In this document: positions 30,189-35,747 of the stretch, piece after piece
Position numbering within the stretch: position 1 is the stretch's first letter
How the letters are laid out: each line of letters starts with the position of its first letter
Virus record (IMG/VR): IMGVR_UViG_3300013883_000001
Reading direction: 5' to 3' (one strand)
From: a virus
Length of the DNA: 35,747 nt
Translations under genes and position numbers: made by a program
Notes under the pieces: model-generated
What the model saw: the letters and a program-made list of their open reading frames with translations, nothing else
What the model was told of the DNA's origin: nothing
Databases searched by the model: none

Positions 30189-31741
30189 TGGCTAGACAAA
30201 TACTTATAGCAGGAACAGACAGAACAGAATATATCCTCAGGGAAGGATTCAGGATAGAACAGGTTCTAACCAGCGCAACGGATACCTTCAATTTCCGTAT
30301 TAAAGACATTCAGCCGACCGAGGGGCAGGAGATAGTTGTCTATGACGGCGGTACTAAGCTATTCGCGGGCATAATAGACCGGGTCAAATTGGCAGACGCC
30401 GACAGGGACGGCTTCAAAATATACGAATGTTCGGCACAGGATTATATATATCTGCTTGACCGGAAATTGGTTGTAGAGACTTACGAGAACGAAACTGCTG
30501 ACTCGATAGTCAAGGACATAATAGCAAAGTACGGAGGGGGCATATTCACAACCAATCACGTTCAATCAAGTGCTCCGACCGTGGAATATATCGTCTTCGA
30601 CTACAAAGCACCTAGCGAATGTTTCAAAGAGCTGGCAGACTACGTAGGTTGGGACTGGTATATCGACTACGACAAGGACGTCTGGTTCTTTAACCCAGCA
30701 GACGAAGTAAGCTCAGCTCCTATATCCCTAGAAGCGGGAGCTAATTTTCGCAACCTCCGGCATGATATAGATACTCAGGGCCTCCGCAACCGAGTTTATG
30801 TCCGGGGCGGGACAATGCTGTCTGACCCCTGGACATATGAAATCAAGGCCGACGGTGCAGCCCGGGCCTGGGTACTGCCGCACAAGCCGCACGAAATAAG
30901 TATGACTGTCGGAGAGACACCGGTTACTGTTGGCATTGAAAACGTCCACGATGAGGCAGACTACGACTATATGATGAATTTCCAGGAAAAATACGTGAGG
31001 TGTTCTTCCCACACAACAACGCCGACGGCAGGCGCAACCATATCGTTTACCTACAAATACGACATCGACGTGATAACGATGGTAGAGGACGTAGCCAGCC
31101 AACAGGCCATAGCCAAAGTGCAGGGCGGGGACGGGGTGTATGAGCACGTCATCGTGGACGACAGCCTGACCACTATAGACGCTGCAGAAGCCGCAGGAAA
31201 CGCTGACCTAAAGGAACACGCTAATCCTAGGGTGAGGGGTAGCTTTGAAACAGAGGTTGCAGGGTGGACACCGGGGCAGTTACTCACGATAGACCTAGCC
31301 GACAGGGGTATACAGGGGACTTATCTGGTACAGGAAGTAACAATCACTCCCAAAACCGACACGCTCTGGACGTACCGCGTAGAATATGGCGGCAGGCTCC
31401 TGGGCATAGCCGACTGGCTCCAGGCTTTGTGGAAGGCGCAGCAGAAGAAGAAGTTGAACGAGACGGCGATTTTGCACAAGTTCCACTATGGGGTGGAGAC
31501 GGCAAAGGTAACTGATGAAGTGTCATCTACACCTCGTAACCCGCCCTGGGTATGCAGCGATTATTTATATGCAGGGGGCAGCAGGGCTGCTAATAGTGTA
31601 GAGGGCGGCTGCTTTATAATGCCGGGCATGATAGTTGAAATAAAGCAAACTGACGCCGTTTGCGGTTTTGTAGTGTGTGACGGCGGCTGGTTCATTATGC
31701 CGGGGATGGTATGTGGAATAAATGAAAGGAAGGTGGCCTAG
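30188..31741 (+). CDS. tail tip / baseplate hub-like protein
   Basis: TGATG junction. 517 aa. N-terminal pattern (VVYDGGTKLFAGIIDRV...YECSAQDYIYLLDRK...ADSIVKDIIAKYG) recalls gp27/gpD-type hub proteins. Cys-rich repeat-bearing C-terminus. Confidence 0.5.
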   Translation: MARQILIAGTDRTEYILREGFRIEQVLTSATDTFNFRIKDIQPTEGQEIVVYDGGTKLFAGIIDRVKLADADRDGFKIYECSAQDYIYLLDRKLVVETYENETADSIVKDIIAKYGGGIFTTNHVQSSAPTVEYIVFDYKAPSECFKELADYVGWDWYIDYDKDVWFFNPADEVSSAPISLEAGANFRNLRHDIDTQGLRNRVYVRGGTMLSDPWTYEIKADGAARAWVLPHKPHEISMTVGETPVTVGIENVHDEADYDYMMNFQEKYVRCSSHTTTPTAGATISFTYKYDIDVITMVEDVASQQAIAKVQGGDGVYEHVIVDDSLTTIDAAEAAGNADLKEHANPRVRGSFETEVAGWTPGQLLTIDLADRGIQGTYLVQEVTITPKTDTLWTYRVEYGGRLLGIADWLQALWKAQQKKKLNETAILHKFHYGVETAKVTDEVSSTPRNPPWVCSDYLYAGGSRAANSVEGGCFIMPGMIVEIKQTDAVCGFVVCDGGWFIMPGMVCGINERKVA

Positions 31742-31891
31742 TTGTATGAAGAAGTTTTCTTCTGGCTAAGTCCGGCGCAGTTTATTACCGTCCTGGTGCC
31801 GGTGCTGAAATATTCGCTTGGAGCAAGTATAATTCCGTCTAAAACAACGGCAATAATATCAAAACCGCTTTATAGGGCGGTGATTCTATGA
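31742..31891 (+). CDS. small hydrophobic protein (49 aa)
   Basis: TTG 6 nt after AAGGAAGGTGG. LYEEVFFWLSPAQFITVLVPVLKYSLGASIIPSKTTAIISKPLYRAVIL. Its TGA overlaps the next ATG (ATGA), exactly filling the gap. Confidence 0.4.
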   Translation: MYEEVFFWLSPAQFITVLVPVLKYSLGASIIPSKTTAIISKPLYRAVIL

Positions 31892-32214
31892 GTGATTTTG
31901 TAATTAAGCAGAACGATACTCGCCCTAATCTGGATGCGCAACTTCTCAATGCGGACAATACGCCGATTAATCTGACCGGTTGCACGGTGAGGTTTTTGAT
32001 GGTGTCAACTTCTGGCGGGGCAGTGAAGGTGGATGGTTTATGCGCTATCACCGACGCCGCAAACGGCAAGGTACGCTACTATTGGCAGGCGGGAAATACG
32101 GCAGACTATGGCGACTATAAAGCCGAATTTGAAATAACATTCCCGGACGGCTCCAAACAGACGGTGCCGAATGACGGATACATTACGGTGTCGATTGTCA
32201 AGGAGATTGCTTAA
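31888..32214 (+). CDS. Ig-like baseplate/tail protein (BppU-type Ig domain-like)
   Basis: IKQNDTRPNLDAQLLNADNTPINLTGCTVRFLM...GKVRYYWQAGNTADYGDYKAEFEITFPDGSKQTVP pattern. Confidence 0.55.
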   Translation: MSDFVIKQNDTRPNLDAQLLNADNTPINLTGCTVRFLMVSTSGGAVKVDGLCAITDAANGKVRYYWQAGNTADYGDYKAEFEITFPDGSKQTVPNDGYITVSIVKEIA

Positions 32215-32229
32215 GGAGGGACTTAAACA

Positions 32230-32895
32230 GTGGCCTATAACACCAAGAACATTATTCGGGACGCGTCCGGCGCTCCAGTGCCGCAGTTTTACAACCCAAC
32301 GTCTGACGCTTACCAGCCCCTCACCGGTGTTGACCTGGGCGGGGGTAGATACGGGTACGATAACCTGGCGTGGGGCAAAACTGCCGGTGGCTTGTATGTG
32401 CCGCTCAAGGTTGCCAATGACGGAACTGTACTTACTCAACTAACGGGCAGTTATGCAAAAGGAGGCACAGATGTTCCAATAGCAGCTAGTAGATCTGGAG
32501 CTTTAGCAGCAGGAGTTAGTGAGACTGTTTTAGATATTACTCAACCCGTGATTGTTGATGATATATCACTAGGAGCAAATACTTTCAAAGCCGCAGTACG
32601 AATACAGCGTTATGATAGTGGTGGTGTAATTAGAAGTTATTCGGTTGCAAGCGTTGCTGGTGTTGGTATTGCTACCTCTTTTACTTCAGAGGAAGCAAAT
32701 AGAACCGGTGGAAGCAAGAAATATGGCCCGTTCATTCTTACAGCTTATGATACAACAGACAATTACTACGGTATGAGTTTTGATTCTAGTTTTTATTTAA
32801 TTTGTCCGTTTGGGTTGAAGGTTATTGTTATTAACAACGATACTGTCGAGAAAAATGTAGCTTTAGCAATAAACTACAGAAAGATGGTGGTATAA
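32230..32895 (+). CDS. tail fibre / receptor-binding protein candidate (mosaic)
   Basis: GTG after GGAGGG. GC-rich N-terminal ~70 codons, then an AT-rich distal domain. Lies in the fibre module. Confidence 0.5.
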   Translation: MAYNTKNIIRDASGAPVPQFYNPTSDAYQPLTGVDLGGGRYGYDNLAWGKTAGGLYVPLKVANDGTVLTQLTGSYAKGGTDVPIAASRSGALAAGVSETVLDITQPVIVDDISLGANTFKAAVRIQRYDSGGVIRSYSVASVAGVGIATSFTSEEANRTGGSKKYGPFILTAYDTTDNYYGMSFDSSFYLICPFGLKVIVINNDTVEKNVALAINYRKMVV

Positions 32896-32896
32896 T

Positions 32897-33127
32897 ATGG
32901 AACAATGGATTAAACATCATTTTCGCGTTATCATAGACGAGATTGGCGAAGAGTGGTTTTTGGTATCTGAAACCCCAGAGCGTATGGCGTCTGTCAGATG
33001 GTTTGTGCAAAATTTTGGTGGTGTAGAAGAGATAACTGAGACAACCCTCAAGTCAATTGACCCAGATGATTGCATGGGATGGCATAGATATTTTGAAGAT
33101 TGGAAAAACCAAGGCATTTTAAACTAA
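32897..33127 (+). CDS. hypothetical (possible fibre chaperone), part of the AT-rich cassette
   Basis: ATG 2 nt after the upstream stop. 76 aa, acidic, Trp-rich. Confidence 0.5.
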   Translation: MEQWIKHHFRVIIDEIGEEWFLVSETPERMASVRWFVQNFGGVEEITETTLKSIDPDDCMGWHRYFEDWKNQGILN

Positions 33128-33147
33128 CGGGGTGCACTAGTTTAACA

Positions 33148-33177
33148 GGCCGGGGCCAATACCCCGGTCTAACTTTT
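33148..33177 (+). terminator. hairpin / weak terminator at the right edge of the AT-rich cassette
   Basis: GGCCGGGG-CCAATA-CCCCGGTC (one G.U), then TAACTTTT. Confidence 0.4.
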
Positions 33178-33189
33178 GGTGGTGATAAG

Positions 33190-33645
33190 ATGATTAATGA
33201 AGCTATCCACGTCACCGGCGAATGGCTGTTCTACTTAGACGGCCAGCTTATCCGGCGAGAGAAGAACCTCATTGTTCAGAGCGGCCTCAACTTCCTGGCC
33301 CAGCTCCTCATTCGGGAGAACGGCCAGACCAACGACATACCCATCCACCTCTCCCTTGGCACCGGCACCACGGCGCCAGCGGCAGGCGACACAAAGCTGG
33401 TGGCCGAGGGACTGCGGAAGCAAGTGAGCGCAAAGACGAGGCAGGCAAATATGGTGCGGCTGCGGACTTACTTTTTACCCAATGAGGCAAATTCGACCTG
33501 GTACGAATTTGGAATATTTCTTGCCGGAACGGATGCTGCTAATACAGGAACTCTGCTTAACCGAATTGTTCCAAGCGGAGGTATCAGCAAGGCGAGTAAC
33601 CAGACGCTGACTGTGGAAGTAAGATTGACATTTACGGCTGGCTAA
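33190..33645 (+). CDS. hypothetical tail-module protein
   Basis: ATG 33190 after GGTGGTGA; the track start 33100 overlaps the previous gene and the hairpin. 151 aa, beta-rich. Confidence 0.55.
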   Translation: MINEAIHVTGEWLFYLDGQLIRREKNLIVQSGLNFLAQLLIRENGQTNDIPIHLSLGTGTTAPAAGDTKLVAEGLRKQVSAKTRQANMVRLRTYFLPNEANSTWYEFGIFLAGTDAANTGTLLNRIVPSGGISKASNQTLTVEVRLTFTAG

Positions 33646-33659
33646 GGAGGTGATAACGG

Positions 33660-34397
33660 TTGGCCTTATATGCATTCAAGAATGGCCTTACCGTGTTGGA
33701 CGAGAGCACGATGAACTCGCTTCTTTCGCTCCAGGACTTTGTTTTGATTTACGAGGGAACCCAGCGGGATGGCAAAACCGGCACCGGAACTGCTGAGTTT
33801 GACTGTGCCTCCTATGACCACGCCATTCGCTTTACGGCTACAGGGACAACCGAAATTGCTAGGGTGGAATTTGAGCTAATTAAGCACGGTACTGGTGCTG
33901 ACTTAGTGGTGGAGGTTCGGAGCGGGTTCGACCCTGCTGGCAGCACCGAGGGCACGCTCCTCAAAAAGATGACGTTGCCAAAGGAGTTTATCCCCACGTC
34001 CAGGGCGTACTTTAGCATACCGATAGCCCTGGAGGGCTTGACCAGCGGAGCGCAGTACTGGTTAATCGTGCGCGGTGCTGGGGATGCGATAAATCACTTC
34101 CACCTCCACGGTGAGACAGCACAGGACGCAAATTATCCCTGCTATTACCGGGCTGTAAACGGTTCTGGGGCATGGACAGCGGAGAATGCGATACATTTCA
34201 AGGTTTACTCTGGCGAAAGTGGCAACTTGCTTCATGGTATTTATGGCAGCAACGGCATAACCTGGATCGAATACTCCGGTGAAATCGTGAGCAAGGTTTA
34301 CCGCTACCTGCCCGACGCAATAGGTGGGCCTGGGATACGTAATGTCGAAACCTTTACCTGGTCTGGTGAGTATCTGAAGAAAGGGGTGGTGAGCTAG
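33660..34397 (+). CDS. hypothetical tail-module protein
   Basis: TTG 7 nt after AAGGAGGTG. 245 aa; no motif recognised. Confidence 0.55.
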   Translation: MALYAFKNGLTVLDESTMNSLLSLQDFVLIYEGTQRDGKTGTGTAEFDCASYDHAIRFTATGTTEIARVEFELIKHGTGADLVVEVRSGFDPAGSTEGTLLKKMTLPKEFIPTSRAYFSIPIALEGLTSGAQYWLIVRGAGDAINHFHLHGETAQDANYPCYYRAVNGSGAWTAENAIHFKVYSGESGNLLHGIYGSNGITWIEYSGEIVSKVYRYLPDAIGGPGIRNVETFTWSGEYLKKGVVS

Positions 34398-34846
34398 TGT
34401 TCGGCATGATGGAAGCAATGCTGAGCTTCCTGCGGCGGCAGATAGGGCTCCGAACTGATGCGGCTGACGTGGCGGGGAGTTTGCACGCGAAGGTTAAAGA
34501 TATTGTTAATAAGGTCGGTACACCATCTGATAGCAGAGCAAATAATACGCTTTTCGGTTGGTTAAACACACCAGTTAAAAGTGTTCAGCGAGGGGTAACT
34601 GCCCCGAGTATTAGTGATGTTAGCACTACAGTTACTATCTCCTCGGTTAACACTTCAAAAGCGATTGTCCTTATAAGCGTTAAAGGTGCTCCTGGGGATA
34701 GCACTGATCCGCAACTTGTTTTTAGGCACGGCATGTTTACTGCTGTACTTAGTTCATCCACTACACTGACTTTTACCCGTGATGCTTATTTTACTGCTAC
34801 TTCCCAATCAATCAACATAGCCTGGCAAGTTATCGAGTTTTATTAA
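34397..34846 (+). CDS. hypothetical tail fibre-associated protein
   Basis: GTG overlaps the upstream TAG. N-terminal LSFLRRQIGLRTDAADVAGSLHAKVKDI and VKSVQRGV motif, as seen in Firmicute prophage tail proteins. AT-rich C-terminal part. Confidence 0.5.
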   Translation: MFGMMEAMLSFLRRQIGLRTDAADVAGSLHAKVKDIVNKVGTPSDSRANNTLFGWLNTPVKSVQRGVTAPSISDVSTTVTISSVNTSKAIVLISVKGAPGDSTDPQLVFRHGMFTAVLSSSTTLTFTRDAYFTATSQSINIAWQVIEFY

Positions 34847-34864
34847 AAAGAGAGGTGATCTCGA

Positions 34865-35260
34865 TTGTATTATGCTCAGTTAGACGAAAAAGGCAAAGTT
34901 TACACTGTCTGTGAGTTAGCAAAAGAGGAACTAAATCAAAACCTTGTAGCGATAGATGCTTTCGACGAAAGCCTGCTGAACAAATATTACGATGCAGAAA
35001 CGGGCATCTTCGAGGAAATAACCCTTTCAGCTGACAAAACCACAATTCAGGCTGACGGTCAGGATAAAGCCACGATAACGGCGAAGATGCCGAAAGTATT
35101 TTTCGAGGCCGTCTTTAAGAACGGGATGACCGGGGAAGTTATAGCAGTCTTGCCGGTTAATTCGGAAACCAGGCTAGCGGCACTGGAAATAAGGGCGACT
35201 ACTCCAGGGGAAATTGTTGTGGCGGTAGAGGAAAAACTTATCAAGGTGGTGGCACAATGA
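34865..35260 (+). CDS. hypothetical protein with Big-like (Ig) segment
   Basis: TTG after GAGAGGTGA. ITLSADKTTIQADGQDKATITAK resembles bacterial Ig-like repeats. Confidence 0.5.
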   Translation: MYYAQLDEKGKVYTVCELAKEELNQNLVAIDAFDESLLNKYYDAETGIFEEITLSADKTTIQADGQDKATITAKMPKVFFEAVFKNGMTGEVIAVLPVNSETRLAALEIRATTPGEIVVAVEEKLIKVVAQ

Positions 35261-35448
35261 AGCACGTAAAAGTAGAGGGTAACAAGGTGGTATTTGCAGA
35301 TAAAAAGCAGGAGAAGAAAAACCAGCGCCAATCCAAGCTCGCCGCCCTCGCCGATAAGAAGGCGAAGGGCAAGCTGACGCTGGAGGACGTAGATGAAAAG
35401 CTGGACGTAGTGATAGAGATGCTCCAAGACCTTATGCCGCCGAAGTAG
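35257..35448 (+). CDS. small Lys-rich hypothetical protein
   Basis: ATGA coupling. 63 aa. Confidence 0.5.
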   Translation: MKHVKVEGNKVVFADKKQEKKNQRQSKLAALADKKAKGKLTLEDVDEKLDVVIEMLQDLMPPK

Positions 35449-35460
35449 GCGGCTTTTATC
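35436..35460 (+). terminator. Rho-independent terminator between tail and lysis modules
   Basis: GCCGCC-GAAGTA-GGCGGC followed by TTTTATCTT. The stop codon lies in the loop. Confidence 0.7.
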
Positions 35461-35473
35461 TTGCTAGGGAGGA

Positions 35474-35713
35474 GTGGTTTTATTGCCGGGAACTGAATTA
35501 GCACAATACGGAATAGCGACCTTCGCGCTTGCGGGGGTCTTTTATTTTGCATCGCAAATTCTGAAACAGAAAAACGATTCGGGAATTGCAGAAGTAATCA
35601 AAAACAACACAAAGGCAATGGAACAGGTGACGGAGGTGGTACAGGCTATCCAGCTTAGCCTTGCTAAGCAAGAAGCTAAAATTGACGAGCTACTTGAACG
35701 GGCCAGGCGGTGA
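35474..35713 (+). CDS. membrane-anchored coiled-coil protein of the lysis cassette
   Basis: One TM span (YGIATFALAGVFYFASQIL), then a helical tail. Start is GTG 35474 or TTG 35483 after GGGAGGAG. Its last 45 nt are the duplicated window start. Confidence 0.55.
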   Translation: MVLLPGTELAQYGIATFALAGVFYFASQILKQKNDSGIAEVIKNNTKAMEQVTEVVQAIQLSLAKQEAKIDELLERARR

Positions 35714-35747
35714 TGGTCATGCGGGGATTTTGGAATGATCCTGATGG
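35669..35747. repeat. second copy of the 79-bp terminal overlap
   Basis: Identical to 1..79. Confidence 0.95.

Noticed and set aside
1-35747. Search for integrase, tRNA genes, att-like repeats, reverse transcriptase/DGR template-variable repeat pairs, and toxin-antitoxin pairs
   Set aside because: No ORF showed recombinase (R..H..R..Y or the Ser-recombinase N-terminus) or RT (YxDD) motifs. No cloverleaf-like region and no long near-identical repeat pair near the fibre genes was seen by eye. This is absence of evidence only; an HMM/tRNAscan run is needed.

Overview
The window is one complete tailed-phage genome (siphovirus-type, HK97-fold capsid) of about 35,668 bp. The first 79 nt recur exactly at 35669..35747, so the contig closes on itself inside the lysis cassette. 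Nearly all genes are on the + strand, tightly packed and translationally coupled (many ATGA/TAATG junctions). Shine-Dalgarno sites are long, of the GGAGGTGAT type, as in Bacillota. Gene order: (1) lysis, 35474..1589 across the junction: TM proteins, an Amidase_3 endolysin with a C-terminal SLH domain, and an LL-H-type holin. (2) Convergent terminators. (3) A divergent XRE-HTH switch at 1710..2435 with a consensus promoter and five CTACCA-N3-TGGTAG operators. (4) A GC-rich early block, 2.3..9.25 kb: more HTH proteins, a DUF6011-type Zn protein, a double Zn-ribbon protein, and an Mre11/SbcD + Rad50/SbcC pair. (5) An AT-richer block, about 9.6..19.5 kb: mini Zn-ribbon/TM proteins, a Dam-type MTase, a replisome organiser plus DnaC-like loader, a tandem-HTH protein, a PAPS-reductase-like protein, RusA, a RinA/ArpU-like late activator, HNH, P27-type TerS and TerL. 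(6) The virion module, 19.5..35.4 kb: a portal-MuF fusion, prohead protease, HK97 MCP, connectors, two tail-tube paralogues, a frameshifted chaperone, tape measure, hub and fibre genes. I saw no integrase, excisionase, partition genes, tRNA or CRISPR array. Points most worth a second look: TerL is only translatable through a +1 shift at ATG-TTT-TTT-TGA. A promoter- and terminator-equipped antisense membrane Zn-ribbon gene sits between the tail chaperone and the tape measure. The late-operon leader has five 11-bp-phased GGAATAA boxes, two intrinsic terminators and a 30-codon ORF. A heptanucleotide tandem array lies inside the replisome-organiser gene. A 4-Cys zinc-ribbon gene is split at a G4 run. 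The tail chaperone frameshift is +1/-2 rather than -1. All functional calls rest on motifs recognised by eye; no database search was run.
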